DNA of 64,000 nucleotides from an uncultured Gemmatimonadales bacterium (GCA_963707505.1 CAVPQB010000004.1:32001-96000), one strand, 5' to 3'; shown: positions 20,160 through 31,250, counted from the first letter of the stretch. Made by a program: numbers and translations. The notes: generated from the sequence alone by a model not told the origin.

Positions 20160-20599
20160 TTACCGCGACGACTTCCTGCCTGACGACTTCCTGCTGATGA
20201 TTTCCTGGTAGTGGATTTCCGGCCTGAAGATTTGCGACCGGTCGATTTCTTCCTGCCGCTGGTCCGCGCAGCCGACTTGCGTGAGGCCGATTTGCGTGAG
20301 CTCGACTTGCGTGCGCTCGACTTGCGGGACGACGTCTTGGACGCGCGCTTGCGCGGCGTCTTCTCACCCTTCTCTCGCGCCTCGTTTATTCCGATCGCGA
20401 TTGCCTGCTTGCGGCTCGTCACCTTGCGTCCGCCGCGTGTCTTGAGCGTGCCGTGCTTGCGCCGACGCATCGCGCTGCCGACGGTCGAGCTCGCCTTCCT
20501 GCTGTACTTCCTGCCGGATGACTTCCGGCTCGACTTGCGTCCTGATGTCTTGTGAGCCGAAGACTTTCGCCCCGACCGTGATGCCTTGCGTGCTGCCAT
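20160..20599 (-). CDS. Basic histone-like protein (DUF6496-like); probable indel near 20193
   Basis: KVTSRKQAIAIGINEAR core; the RKSSG repeat register resumes in another frame and ends RKSSR-TAA at 20160. Confidence 0.75.
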
Positions 20600-20643
20600 C
20601 TGAACCTCCCCGGAAAGGTTGATCTGTGACGCACGTAATGTTT

Positions 20644-20659
20644 TGCAAGAGACGCGCCC
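20644..20659 (-). promoter_or_regulatory. Candidate sigma54 promoter
   Basis: GGGCGCGTCTCTTGCA: GG-N10-GC with TTGC. Confidence 0.5.
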
Positions 20660-20698
20660 ATTCGGCGCATGTGCGCTGAACGTACGAGCGGTGAAATA

Positions 20699-21701
20699 TC
20701 AGAGCAAACGCGAATCGAACGTGTTCCAGAACAGCGTTGTACCGCTTGCAGTGCGCGCAAGCGACAGTGCGACGACGAACGCTTTTGCGGAATAGGTGTC
20801 ATCGAGATGAATTCCCGTACTCGCGGCGAGAGATGCGCGCAGCCGCGGTTGCAGCGGGGAGCGGTCTGCCGTACGCGCCGCCGTACGCGTCGCGCACGAC
20901 GCCGAGCAGATGTACCGGAACGCGCGGAATGCGCTCTCCGGTCACTCGTTCGATCAGGCGCGCGGTTCGCGATATCAGCCGCCGCACGTGCAGTCGGTTG
21001 GCGACGATGGCTGGAGTTACCTGCACGCAGATCGTCGCGATGTCGAGTCCTGCAATTGCGAATCCGAGTGACAGGCCGGCAACGGTGCCACCGCTTCCAA
21101 GCGGCACTACTACGCGCGCTGGCATGCGGCAACTCTCCCGCGCGGATCTGTTCCGCAAGCTCCAGCGCCGCATTGACGTGCGCGAGAACGCCGAGCGGTG
21201 TGGATCCGCCAAGCGGCACGTAACGGCATTGCTGAGTGAGTCGAGTCAGCTGCGCGGCGAGCAGCGCTCGCGTCGCGCCGCCATACACGCGCGACGACAC
21301 GCATTCATCGGAGATCATGTCGGCAACGCGGTACGCCGAGTGATTCATGTCATGTCGCCATCGTATGCCGATTACGCGAGCGCCAAGTCTGCGTGCGTGC
21401 ATCGCGGTGGCCAGCACGTGCGTGGATCCCTCACCGCCGGCCGTGATGACGGTGTCGCCGCTGCCGACACCGGCCAGCAGGAACTCGAGCGCGCGAGCCT
21501 TGTTGCCGCCGCAGACCGCGGAGTTGAGGCCGTCCGATTTGATCCATATCTCGGCGCCGTCGACAGTGACACGATCGACAGGCGACGGCAGCACGCACAA
21601 TGAGACGCGTGGAATCGACGCGAAGAGCGCGGGAATCGCTCGTATAACGGAAGCGGCGATCCTCTGTGTTCTCCCCGGGTCTGCGGCGTCTCGTCCGTCA
21701 T
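20699..21701 (-). CDS. D-cysteine desulfhydrase/ACC deaminase family PLP enzyme; three frameshifts (~21632, ~21125, ~20830)
   Basis: GGNKARALEFLL, GSTH, PLGSGGTVAGL, LDDTYSAKAF spread across frames. Confidence 0.8.
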
Positions 21702-21710
21702 GCTATCCTG

Positions 21711-22913
21711 TCATCCGTCCGGATGCGGTGGCGGCTCTGCAACGAATGGCAACGGAGTCGGATCGCCGACCACGTCCTCGACGTACAGCATCTTGACGAG
21801 GATCATTACCAGCACCAGCAGTGGAACCGCGACGAACAATCCCATGACACCGAACGCGAGTGCCATTCCTGCCTGGGTAAGTACCGTGAGAACCGGCGGC
21901 AGATTCACTCCCTCTTTCATGAGGAGTGGGATCAGCAGATGGCTTTCGAGGAAGTGGATGATGTAGAACGCCACCAGCACGGCCGCGGCCTTTTCAGGCG
22001 AATCCACGAAGCCCATAGCGATCGCCGGCACGGCGCTGATGATGGGTCCCGCCATGGGGACGAACTGCAGCAGGCCGGACAGAATCCCGAGCGGCACTGC
22101 AGCGCGCACCTGCAGCGCGGTGAGCACCGCGGTCGCGACTACCCCCATGACCAGCATGGCGACGAGCTGAGTGACGAGCCAGCGGCGCAGGGCGAGCGTT
22201 ATCGCCTCCAGCACCTGCTCGCCGCGCGCTCGCTTGCGGTGCGGAATCAGGGAGATGATGCCGCTTCGATAAAGCTTGGGGTCGGCTCCTATGTAGACAG
22301 CCAGGAAAAAGATGATGACTATGCTCGCCGCGACCTCCACGGTCGAGTGTAGTACCGGCAGAACGTAGCCGGAAGCCCCGGGACTGCGGGCCAGGATCTG
22401 CTCTTTGAGGGCCTTGAGGTGAACCAGGGAATCACCGACTACTGGCTCATTTGGCGCTAGACTGTCACGTTGTTGTTGCGATAATGGCGCTACTTGTACG
22501 GAGTCCGGTTCGCCCGTGAGCAACGAGCCGACCACGCCGCCCTGGCGCTGGCCGACCCATCTGTCCAGCTTCACGAATGCCTCCGGGAGCCGCTGCTTGA
22601 GCTCGCGGTACTGGGTTCGGACCGTTGGGCCCGTCCAGGCGCCAAAGCCTATCAAAAGCGCGACCGAGGCTGCGACTATCAGAGCCGCGCCCAGTCCCTG
22701 GCCGATTCCGAATCGCCGCAATCTCGCCGCACCTGCCGAGATCGCGATGCCGAGCAGCATTCCGATGTAGGCGACGAAGATGAGATTGTGAGCGCGAAAG
22801 ATCACGAAACCGCCGACCGCGACGAGCAGGATTACAATTGCGGCTCGTGCTATGTCACGGGTAAACCAGCCTGGGTGACGCTCTGTGGGACGCGGGAATC
22901 GCTCTGAGGTCAT
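21711..22913 (-). CDS. AI-2E family transporter
   Basis: LRRWLVTQL, QFVPMAGPIIS, FLESHLLIP, GLFVAVPL. Confidence 0.9.
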   Translation of the reverse strand: MTSERFPRPTERHPGWFTRDIARAAIVILLVAVGGFVIFRAHNLIFVAYIGMLLGIAISAGAARLRRFGIGQGLGAALIVAASVALLIGFGAWTGPTVRTQYRELKQRLPEAFVKLDRWVGQRQGGVVGSLLTGEPDSVQVAPLSQQQRDSLAPNEPVVGDSLVHLKALKEQILARSPGASGYVLPVLHSTVEVAASIVIIFFLAVYIGADPKLYRSGIISLIPHRKRARGEQVLEAITLALRRWLVTQLVAMLVMGVVATAVLTALQVRAAVPLGILSGLLQFVPMAGPIISAVPAIAMGFVDSPEKAAAVLVAFYIIHFLESHLLIPLLMKEGVNLPPVLTVLTQAGMALAFGVMGLFVAVPLLVLVMILVKMLYVEDVVGDPTPLPFVAEPPPHPDG

Positions 22914-22926
22914 GATAGATTGAGGG

Positions 22927-24063
22927 ATGGCAGATCCGTACCAGCCAGTTTACCTGGACACCGCAGAAAAAGCCGCACTATTCGTCGACTCCATTGCGGA
23001 CGTCCGCGAAATTGCGCTCGATACCGAAGGGGCGAGCTTCCATCGCTACGTCGATCGGATATATCTACTGCAGCTCTCCACGCAGCATCATAGTGCCATC
23101 ATCGATCCGCTGCATGCTGGTCTGCTGCCCAAGCTTGGCGCGTTGATGGAGAATCGGGAAGTGGAGGTCATCTTCCACGACGCCGACTACGATCTCCGCC
23201 TGCTTCGTCAGGACTACGGCTGGCATACGACGCATGTCTTTGACACCCGTATCGCGGCACAGTTGCTTGGGATTCCCGCTTTCGGCCTCGCGGCGCTGCT
23301 GGAGAAGTTCTTCAATGTGAAGCTGGACAAGCAGCACCAGCGGGCCGACTGGTCGATGCGTCCCCTCACAGCGAGCATGCTCGACTATGCGGCGCAGGAT
23401 ACGCGCTACTTGCTGGACTTGAGGGACGAATTGCGTACCGGACTGGAATCGGCGGGTCGCATGTCATGGGCGGAAGAGGAATTCGAGCGACTGGAGTCGA
23501 TCCAGTTCGCTCCGGACGATCCGGCGACGAGCTTCATGCGCACCAAGGGGGCGCGCGACCTCAAGCGACGCGAGCTTGCGGTGCTCCGGGAGCTGGTTGC
23601 CTGGCGTGACGAGCGCGCCGCGGCTCTCGATCGCGCGACCTTTCGTGTAATGGGCAGCGAGGCAATGTTCGAGATTGCGCGCGTGCATCCCGGGACTCGC
23701 GATGCGCTCGCCGCGATCAAGGGCGTCCCACGCGGCGTGGTAGAGCGCCACGCGCAGGATCTGCTGGATGCGGTTCAGCGCGGGCTCGCGGTTCCCGAGG
23801 CCGACCTTCCGCGCTTTCCGCGAGCAGCGCGCTGGGATCGCGACCCCGACTTCGATTCCAACGTAGCGAAGCTCAAGTCGGTAAGAGACGCCGCGGCCGC
23901 CCGGCTCAAGCTGGACCCGGGGGTCCTGTGCGCGCGGGATCGCATGGAAGCAGTCGCGCGCCGGAAGCCGAAGACCATCGAGGAGCTTGCGGAGATTCCG
24001 GAGCTCAGGCGTTGGCAGGCGGAGGTGTTGGGTTCGGAGTTCGTCGCGGCGTTGCGAACGTAA
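22927..24063 (+). CDS. rnd: Ribonuclease D
   Basis: IALDTEG, FHDADYD, DWSMRPL, YAAQD, HRDC domains. Confidence 0.93.
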   Translation: MADPYQPVYLDTAEKAALFVDSIADVREIALDTEGASFHRYVDRIYLLQLSTQHHSAIIDPLHAGLLPKLGALMENREVEVIFHDADYDLRLLRQDYGWHTTHVFDTRIAAQLLGIPAFGLAALLEKFFNVKLDKQHQRADWSMRPLTASMLDYAAQDTRYLLDLRDELRTGLESAGRMSWAEEEFERLESIQFAPDDPATSFMRTKGARDLKRRELAVLRELVAWRDERAAALDRATFRVMGSEAMFEIARVHPGTRDALAAIKGVPRGVVERHAQDLLDAVQRGLAVPEADLPRFPRAARWDRDPDFDSNVAKLKSVRDAAAARLKLDPGVLCARDRMEAVARRKPKTIEELAEIPELRRWQAEVLGSEFVAALRT

Positions 24064-24142
24064 CGTCGGCGTGCGATCGTCGTGACGACGCTGGCGACTC
24101 GATCGATCACGACGCCGTAGCCCTTACGATCGATCCCATATT

Positions 24143-24170
24143 CAAACCTTCCTTCGCCCCGGTCCGTCTT
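24143..24170 (+). promoter_or_regulatory. Candidate ECF autoregulatory promoter
   Basis: caaacc-N17-gtctt just upstream of the ECF gene. Confidence 0.5.
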
Positions 24171-24183
24171 ATTGCCAGGACCG

Positions 24184-24756
24184 ATGCAGACAGCCATTGC
24201 CACCTCGCCTGAGACCATGAGTCCGACCATGAGTCCCACCGCCGCCGAGCCGGATGTACGGCTCGCCGCCAGCGGGGACAGGCACGCCTTTGAGCGACTG
24301 TACCGGGACAATTTGAACCGTGTTTATGCGGTGTGTGTGCGGATGTGTGGTGACCGTACGCGCGCCGAGGAGCTGGCGCAGGATGCGTTCGTGCGAGCGT
24401 GGGAGCGGCTGCCGCAGTTTCGTGGCGAATCCGCGTTCTCGACATGGCTTCATCGATTGACGGTGAACGTCGTGCTGGAGGCTCAACGCAGCGAACGACG
24501 CAATCGCGCTCGAACCGAGAGCGACGAGGTACTGGATGAGGCACCGCCGATAATGAGGCGCGAGCATCATGCGGAGAAGATGGATCTGGCGGTTGCGATA
24601 GCGGCGTTACCACCCGGTGCCCGCGCGGTGTTCGCACTGCACGACGTTGAAGGATACAAGCACGAGGAGATCGCGGAGATGCTCGACATCACTGCAGGTG
24701 GAAGCAAGGCTCAACTGCATCGCGCTCGGCGACTTCTCAGGGAGGCACTCGTATGA
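24184..24756 (+). CDS. ECF sigma factor
   Basis: AEELAQDAF, FRGESAFSTWLHRL, LHDVEGYKHEEIA, SKAQLHRAR. Confidence 0.93.
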   Translation: MQTAIATSPETMSPTMSPTAAEPDVRLAASGDRHAFERLYRDNLNRVYAVCVRMCGDRTRAEELAQDAFVRAWERLPQFRGESAFSTWLHRLTVNVVLEAQRSERRNRARTESDEVLDEAPPIMRREHHAEKMDLAVAIAALPPGARAVFALHDVEGYKHEEIAEMLDITAGGSKAQLHRARRLLREALV

Positions 24757-25549
24757 CGAACGAAGAACCGCTCATGGACGACGAGCAGGCTGGCGACGCG
24801 GTGGCGAAGTATCTCGAAGAGAACCCGGATCTGTTGCAGGGCATCGTGCCGGAGCACGATCTGTGGCCGGCGATCGAGAGCCGCATATCGGCGCGCGTGA
24901 TTCCGATGTCGGCACGTCCGGCGCGAGCTGCACACAGGCGTTCGGCAAGTCGTTCGGCAAGTCGTTCGGATGGGTGCCAATGCTGGTAGCCGCCTCGGCG
25001 CTGGTCGCCGCGAGCGCGGGGATCACGTACGTATTGACCACCCGCTCCGCCGTGCAGAATGGCGCGGTGGCGAGCAACGGTACGAGCATACCTGCAAATA
25101 CACCGGCGGTTACACCTGCAAATTCGCGTGCGATCGCCGACACGCAATCGCAGGTCGTGAAGAAGAGCGAGGTTCCGACAACTCAATCGCAGGTCGGTAG
25201 CGTTGCCACGCACGTCGTGGAAGATTCGCCGAAAATCGCGCAGCACACTCGCCCGGCGGTGCAGCTCGCATCGCGCAACGGCGACAGCGAAGGCGATGTC
25301 ATGCGGCAGACGTACGATTCTGAAATCACGACACTGCGCGCTGCACTGGATGCTCGCCGCGGGCAGTTGAATCCATCGACAGTTGCAGTGATCGAGCAGA
25401 ATTTACGCGTCATCGACGAAGCAATCGGCCAGTCCAGAGCCGCGCTCGCGAAGGACCCGAACAGCAGTCTCCTGAATGATCAGCTGGACCGCACGCTCGC
25501 CAAGAAGACAGGGTTGTTGCGCGCAGCGGCACTACTTCCGTCAGCGTGA
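24753..25549 (+). CDS. Putative membrane anti-sigma factor; frameshift near 24938
   Basis: ATGA overlap with sigma; DLWPAIESRI, one TM helix, helical C-terminus. Confidence 0.7.
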
Positions 25550-25571
25550 TGACGCGAGAGGATATGAGTAT

Positions 25572-26630
25572 ATGAGTGACAGGCACATCAGGATCCGAAT
25601 GCAGCGACTCGTCCTGCCTGCCGTGATAGCAGTGCTGGCGATCGGCGCAGTTCCGTGCTGGGCGCAGGTGCCAACGCCGCCATCGCCGCCGAATCCCCCG
25701 AGTCCGGCTCGTCCGGGGAATGCGCCCGCGGCTCCGCGTTCGCCCCGGCCACCGCGTCCGCCGCGGACGTGGTTCAGCGGTGATCACGGCGTCGCGAAGA
25801 TCGACACGGTGCTTCCGTTCTCGTCGAACGGTACTGTCGACCTGTCGCTGGTCTCCGGGGCGATGAAGGTCTCTACGTGGGACAGGAACCAGGTGCGCGT
25901 GGTCGCGAGTACCACGGGAGAACCTTCGTTGCAGCTCGATGCGAGCAGCTCGCATCTCACTCTGGAGCAGACAAGGTCCGGGAGTCGGCGCGGACGCGGC
26001 GATGACATTGGAACTGCCACGTACGATGTCACCGTTCCAAGCGGGACGCGCGCGTCGCTGGCGGCGGTATCCGGAAGCATCAACGCCGCAGGTCTGCGCG
26101 GCGCCGTCGACGCGAGCAACGTCAGCGGCTCGGTGGACCTGCGCGACCTCGGCTCATCCCTGAATGTCGAAGGTGTATCGGGCCGCATTACCGTTGCCAA
26201 CGTAGCAAGTGATGCGCATGTCGAGAACGTCAGCGGCCGCGTCTCGGTCACGGGTGTCGGAGGGTCGGTCACGGCGGAGACCGTGAGTGGAGGTATCAGC
26301 GTGGCTGGCGTGCGGGGCGATCGGGTCCATGTCACGACCGTGAGCGGCGATATCGACTTTACGGGATCCGTAACGAGCTCCGGACGGTATGACTTCGAGA
26401 CGCACTCGGGGGACGCCAATCTGAAGCTGGCAAGCAACACCCAGGCGACGCTGAGTGTCGAAACATTCAGCGGCTCGGTATCGAATGACTTTCCCGGAGC
26501 CGTAAGACGAAAGAATAGCGATCCGGATGACGACAGCACCAATTATGAGTTCATAATCAACCGCGGTGGCGGACGGGTGCGAGTAGAAACTTTCAGCGGC
26601 AGCGTACACATCTCAAAGGTGAACCAATGA
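25572..26630 (+). CDS. DUF4097 beta-strand repeat protein
   Basis: Signal peptide, Pro-rich linker, VSG repeats. Confidence 0.85.
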   Translation: MSDRHIRIRMQRLVLPAVIAVLAIGAVPCWAQVPTPPSPPNPPSPARPGNAPAAPRSPRPPRPPRTWFSGDHGVAKIDTVLPFSSNGTVDLSLVSGAMKVSTWDRNQVRVVASTTGEPSLQLDASSSHLTLEQTRSGSRRGRGDDIGTATYDVTVPSGTRASLAAVSGSINAAGLRGAVDASNVSGSVDLRDLGSSLNVEGVSGRITVANVASDAHVENVSGRVSVTGVGGSVTAETVSGGISVAGVRGDRVHVTTVSGDIDFTGSVTSSGRYDFETHSGDANLKLASNTQATLSVETFSGSVSNDFPGAVRRKNSDPDDDSTNYEFIINRGGGRVRVETFSGSVHISKVNQ

Positions 26631-27482
26631 TCAGGACTTCCCGGTACGTCATGGCAGCCGTGTGTGCTGCCACGGTTGGCGCCGCGCCGCTCATGGCGCA
26701 ACAGGATCTCGGACGTGACGGAACTACGTGGAAGTGGGACGGCGCGCTCGCGAGCGGCGGATCACTCAAGCTGTTCAACATCAACGGAGCGCTGCGCTTC
26801 ACGCGCAAGCTCGGACGGCAACGTGCACGTGCAGGCGGTGAAGCACGTTCATTCCGGCGGCGATCCCCGCACCGTGCACTATGCTGTGGTGCGTGATGGG
26901 AACAACCTCACGATCTGCGCCATGTGGAACGACGATGCGCGGTGCGACATCGATGGCATGAGTGGAAACCGGAATAACGACAACGACGGCAATCGCAGGC
27001 GCAACGTCACGGCGGAGATTTCGGTGCAGGTACCAGCCGGTGTGCGCACGGGTGCCAACACGGTCAATGGTGATGTTTCCATCGAGCGCATCAGCTCCGA
27101 TGTCCGGGCAAATACGGTCAACGGTGCCGTTCGCGTCACGCAGGTAACGGGTGATGTGAATGCTCACACGGTGAACGGCGATGTGAACGTCGATACGCGA
27201 GGCGGAACCGTGTCCGGTGAGACTGTAAACGGGTCGGTCACCGCATCCATGGGAAGCTCCGGCACCGGCGACATGCGCTTCAGTACCGTCAACGGTGGCA
27301 TCGATATCACGACACCGTCCGCGTTCAATGCTGACGTCAGGCTGAGCACGCTCAACGGCTCGATCGACAGCAAGTTCCCGCTGGATTTCGACAGGCGCCG
27401 GAGGCATGCGGAGGGAACTGTGGGAAGCGGTGGGCGGCAACTGCGTGCGAGCACCGTCAATGGATCGATAACGTTGCAGTAG
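26627..27482 (+). CDS. DUF4097 beta-strand repeat protein; frameshift near 26804
   Basis: Signal peptide in frame 1; TVNG repeats in frame 2. Confidence 0.85.
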
Positions 27483-27502
27483 GCCATATCGCGAGACAAT
27501 CG

Positions 27503-27540
27503 ACGCGGACGGGCATCTCTGCCCGTCCGCGTTTTCTTTT
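27503..27540 (+). terminator. Intrinsic terminator
   Basis: acgcggacgggca-tctc-tgcccgtccgcgt then T-run. Confidence 0.85.
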
Positions 27541-28099
27541 ACTGTGACGTACTGATCAACGTTGCAAGCTCGCGCTCGAAGCGACCCGTCGATGCGCAGC
27601 GTACCAGTGGTGAGTTCGCCATGGGATCCTTCGCACTTGCCTCGACCAGTGTGTGCAGCGTCGAGCCGCCTGTGCGTGGCGTGACGTAGGTGCTCGCCGA
27701 GAAGATCACGTCATATGTGTCAGCTGGCGACGACATCGTGCCACTGCCGCAGTCGACGTACGACGACAGGTGCGTCCCGCCCAGTGTTCCGTGGAGACGG
27801 AGGTTGCGCGCGCCGACGGTATATACGCCCGCGGTGGTATCGAGCACTGCGGCGTTCTTGATGCCAAGCTTCGCGTATGCGGCCGGTAGCGCGTCGAAGG
27901 CCTGGACCACCGTTACGCCTATATCCCGATCGGCGGTCGATTCGACGTGGTGCAGGTTCACGTCGACGACTGTCCGGTCCACGCTCGCTACTCTGGTACG
28001 GTCGTCAATCACGTGTGTACTGCCAGACGACGCGCATGCGTCCGCGCAGATCACCAACAGCGCCTCCAGCAGGGTCGTGCTCCGCATCGACAGCGTCAT
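27539..28099 (-). CDS. Hypothetical exported protein/lipoprotein
   Basis: Lipobox-like ACAS; two conserved-looking Cys (YVDCG, CASTG). Confidence 0.6.
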   Translation of the reverse strand: MTLSMRSTTLLEALLVICADACASSGSTHVIDDRTRVASVDRTVVDVNLHHVESTADRDIGVTVVQAFDALPAAYAKLGIKNAAVLDTTAGVYTVGARNLRLHGTLGGTHLSSYVDCGSGTMSSPADTYDVIFSASTYVTPRTGGSTLHTLVEASAKDPMANSPLVRCASTGRFERELATLISTSQ

Positions 28100-28240
28100 T
28101 GCGTTACCCTCGTCAGATGTGCTCCGGCCTGCCGGAGCGTCTCCTGTCCATCCTGCGTACCTTTAGCTCTGGTAGAAACTACGGTCCCGGTGCCCGCTGT
28201 GCAGTCCGTGTACGTGGCGCCATCCTGAAAGAGGAGAAAC

Positions 28241-28747
28241 ATGATGAGTGGTGTGCGTCTTCGGCCAGCGCTGCCGGCTGACATCCCGACGATTCTGGAC
28301 CTGATCCGCGAGCTGGCAGAATACGAGCGCGATCCGGCTGCCGCAGTGGCGACGCCGGAGCTGATGTACGACGCGCTATTCGGACCCAGGGCAGTCGCTC
28401 ACGTGCTGATGGCGGACGATGACGACGCGACGTACGGTTTCGCACTCTACTTCTTCAATTTCTCGACATGGACTGGCAGGCGCGGCCTTTATCTGGAAGA
28501 TTTTTTCGTACGGCCCGCTGCGCGCGCTCGCGGGATCGGGCTGCAGCTCTTCAGGCGTCTGGCGACAATCGCACACGAATCCGGCTGCGGACGTATGGAG
28601 CTGTCGGTGCTCAACTGGAACGTCAACGCGATCCGGTTTTATGAGAAGCAGGGTGGATTCGCCATGAACGACTGGACGCATTACCGGTTCGGGGCCGACA
28701 CGATCGCGAAAATCGCATCGCAGGGTGGCGACACGGAGGTCACATGA
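28241..28747 (+). CDS. GNAT acetyltransferase (polyamine N-acetyltransferase-like)
   Basis: FSTWTGRRGLYLEDFFV, RARGIG, VLNWNVNAIRFY. Confidence 0.9.
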   Translation: MMSGVRLRPALPADIPTILDLIRELAEYERDPAAAVATPELMYDALFGPRAVAHVLMADDDDATYGFALYFFNFSTWTGRRGLYLEDFFVRPAARARGIGLQLFRRLATIAHESGCGRMELSVLNWNVNAIRFYEKQGGFAMNDWTHYRFGADTIAKIASQGGDTEVT

Positions 28748-29583
28748 AGGAATCGGCGCAACAGGGCTCTCATCTCGCATTCGACGTGAGCGTGTCGGAT
28801 CACATCGCCCGCGTAGTGCTGAAAGGACCCGGCAAGGGCAACGCACTCGGCCCCGATTTCTGGCGCGAGGCGCCCGGTGTGTTCGACGAGCTCGATGCAG
28901 ATCCTGAAGTTCGTGCGGTGGTGCTGAGCGGCGCTGGTGGCAATTTCACGTTCGGGCTCGACCTCGTTTCGATGACATCCGAGCTTCGATACGCGCTCGC
29001 AGCCCCGGCAATGGCGGCGGAACGCACACGCTTTCTGGATCAGCTCACGACGATGCAGCGTGCAATCATCTCGCTCATGTCATGCAGGAAACCAGTGGTA
29101 GCGAGTATTTCCGGATGGTGCGTCGGTGCTGGTATCGACGTCATCTGCGCGGCAGACGTACGTGTGTGCTCCAGCGAGGCGACGTTCTCCGTGCGCGCGG
29201 TGCGTATCGGCATCGTCGAGGACATGGGAAGCCTGCAACGTCTCCCAGCAATGATCGGAGAAGGCGCGGCGCGCGAGCTCTGTCTCACAGGCGAGGATTT
29301 CGGCGCCGCGAAAGCTGCGGCACTCGGCCTCGTCAATCACGTCGATGACACGCCGGAAGCGGCGCTGCAGCACGCACTGGAAATCGCGACGCGGATCGCT
29401 ACCAATCCGCCGCTCACGGTGCAGGGCGTCAAACGCGTGATGAACGAGCGCGCGCACGCAGGGTTGCGCGAGAATCTCCATTACACCGCTCTCTGGAACG
29501 CGACGTTCATGCAATCGCGTGATTTTGCGGAAGCGATCAGCGCATTCACCGAGAAACGCGAACCGAAATTCGAGGGCCGTTGA
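28744..29583 (+). CDS. Crotonase family, delta3,5-delta2,4-dienoyl-CoA isomerase-like
   Basis: FTFGLDL, KPVVASISGWCVGAGID, DMGSLQRLP. Confidence 0.85.
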   Translation: MKESAQQGSHLAFDVSVSDHIARVVLKGPGKGNALGPDFWREAPGVFDELDADPEVRAVVLSGAGGNFTFGLDLVSMTSELRYALAAPAMAAERTRFLDQLTTMQRAIISLMSCRKPVVASISGWCVGAGIDVICAADVRVCSSEATFSVRAVRIGIVEDMGSLQRLPAMIGEGAARELCLTGEDFGAAKAAALGLVNHVDDTPEAALQHALEIATRIATNPPLTVQGVKRVMNERAHAGLRENLHYTALWNATFMQSRDFAEAISAFTEKREPKFEGR

Positions 29584-29584
29584 C

Positions 29585-30394
29585 ATGACTACTTTCGTAC
29601 CGCGCATGTTCGAGGGAAGGACCGCGCTCGTTACGGGCGGAGGATCGGGCATCGGTCAGCGCATCGCCGAGCGGCTCGCGGAGCAGGGTGCGAGCGTGGC
29701 ACTCGTGGGACGAACGCAATCGAAGCTGGACGCTGTCGCTCAAGGCATCATTGCAGCCGGCGGAAGGGCCGCCGGTTTCGCAGCGGACGTTCGCGATTAC
29801 GACGCGTTGGCGCGCGCGACAGCGGCAGCGCACGAGATGTTCGGTGCGCTCGGAATCGTCCTCTGCGGTGCGGCGGGAAACTTTCCGGCACTCGCGAGTG
29901 CAATGTCCGCCAATGCTTTCAAGTCGGTGATCGACATCGATCTGCTTGGAACATTCAACACGTGCAGGGCGGCATTCGAGCATCTCGAGCGTCCGGGTGC
30001 ATCGATCGTCACCATATCTGCACCCCAGGCGATTCAGGCGATGGTGATGCAGGCGCACGTGTGCGCAGCCAAGGCCGGTGTCGACATGGTCACCCGCACG
30101 CTCGCGCTCGAGTGGGGACCGCTGGGTATTCGCGTGAATGGCGTGTTACCCGGAGCCGTCGCGGACACCGAGGGCATGGATCGGCTCGCGCCGGCTGGGC
30201 CTGTACGTGATGCACTTGCGAAGCAGGTCCCGCTCCGACGCGTTGCAACCAAGGACGACATCGCTGATACAGTGATATTCCTGTGCAGTGACGCAGCGAA
30301 ATATGTGACCGGCGTCATAATCCCGTGTGACGGTGGGATGACGACGGCAGGAATGACGATCCAGACGCCATCCACATCCGCGAGACCAGTTTAG
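29585..30394 (+). CDS. 2,4-dienoyl-CoA reductase-like SDR
   Basis: TGGGSGIG, GAAGNF, SANAFKSVIDIDLLGTF, AHVCAAKAG, DTEGMDRL. Confidence 0.85.
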   Translation: MTTFVPRMFEGRTALVTGGGSGIGQRIAERLAEQGASVALVGRTQSKLDAVAQGIIAAGGRAAGFAADVRDYDALARATAAAHEMFGALGIVLCGAAGNFPALASAMSANAFKSVIDIDLLGTFNTCRAAFEHLERPGASIVTISAPQAIQAMVMQAHVCAAKAGVDMVTRTLALEWGPLGIRVNGVLPGAVADTEGMDRLAPAGPVRDALAKQVPLRRVATKDDIADTVIFLCSDAAKYVTGVIIPCDGGMTTAGMTIQTPSTSARPV

Positions 30395-30467
30395 GGCATC
30401 CCTGCCAACCGGCGGCGGTCGCGGCACCGGACTTGAAGAGTCAGCCTTTGACTCCAACCAGACTCCG

Positions 30468-30800
30468 ATGCCACAACAATCAGATTTCGACGACTCGATC
30501 AGGCGCGAAGAGCAGGCTTCACTCCACGAAGAGCTGATCGCGCGCCTGGATCAGAAAGGCGTTCAAACAGCTGACGGCGCTTCGGATGCGGACCTGGCCG
30601 ATCTCCTCTCCGCGATCGACGAATTCGAGACCGCCGTGGAAAGGGCGGGTGGCGATCTGATGGTGGATTCGCCCGATTCGTCCGAGCCCGAGCGGCCGGA
30701 GTTCGTCCTGCCGCATCCGCATGACGACGAGTCCGTCGCGACATACACCAGACGCGTCAAAACCGCGACCGCGCGCCTTGGACCGATGGCTGGCCCCTGA
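30468..30800 (+). CDS. Small acidic hypothetical protein
   Basis: Clean ORF; VERAGGDLMVD..PEFVLP. Confidence 0.6.
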   Translation: MPQQSDFDDSIRREEQASLHEELIARLDQKGVQTADGASDADLADLLSAIDEFETAVERAGGDLMVDSPDSSEPERPEFVLPHPHDDESVATYTRRVKTATARLGPMAGP

Positions 30801-30824
30801 GCCAGCCATCACTGCCGTCAACAA

Positions 30825-31250
30825 TCAGCTCATTATCGAGCTGGGCTTATTGCGGTGGCGCAGGTAATCGATCGAAAAGATCCCCGCGCCGGTCGCCGCG
30901 ATGTAGAGAAAGGCGAAGCAGAGCAGCACAGGCACTTCGCCGTGGTTCTCCACCGGCCAGAAGGCGCGGGGGGAGTGCATGAGGAAATAGGCGACCGCCA
31001 TCTCCCCCGAGAGGATGAATGCTACTGGGCGCGTAAACAGCCCAGTGATGATGAGCAACCCGCCGATGAACTCCAGCGGGCCGGCGATACCCGGCAGTGT
31101 GAAGCCGATCCCGGAGGCGTGAGCGCCAAACATTCCGAAGAGCTTTTGTGCGCCATGCTGCCACAGCACGGCACCGGCGAAGATTCTCAAGAGAACATGC
31201 GCCCACCTTGCAGAAGCAGAAGCGGACTGGTGCGCGTACAGGTCTGGCAT
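30825..31250 (-). CDS. DoxX family membrane protein
   Basis: HGAQKLFG, GLFTRPVAFILSGEMAVAYF, GAGIFSID. Confidence 0.9.
   Translation of the reverse strand: MPDLYAHQSASASARWAHVLLRIFAGAVLWQHGAQKLFGMFGAHASGIGFTLPGIAGPLEFIGGLLIITGLFTRPVAFILSGEMAVAYFLMHSPRAFWPVENHGEVPVLLCFAFLYIAATGAGIFSIDYLRHRNKPSSIMS

Noticed and set aside
20699..21701. Genuine pseudogene
   Set aside because: Three indels, but catalytic motifs are intact and no in-frame stops were seen; cannot be separated from sequencing error
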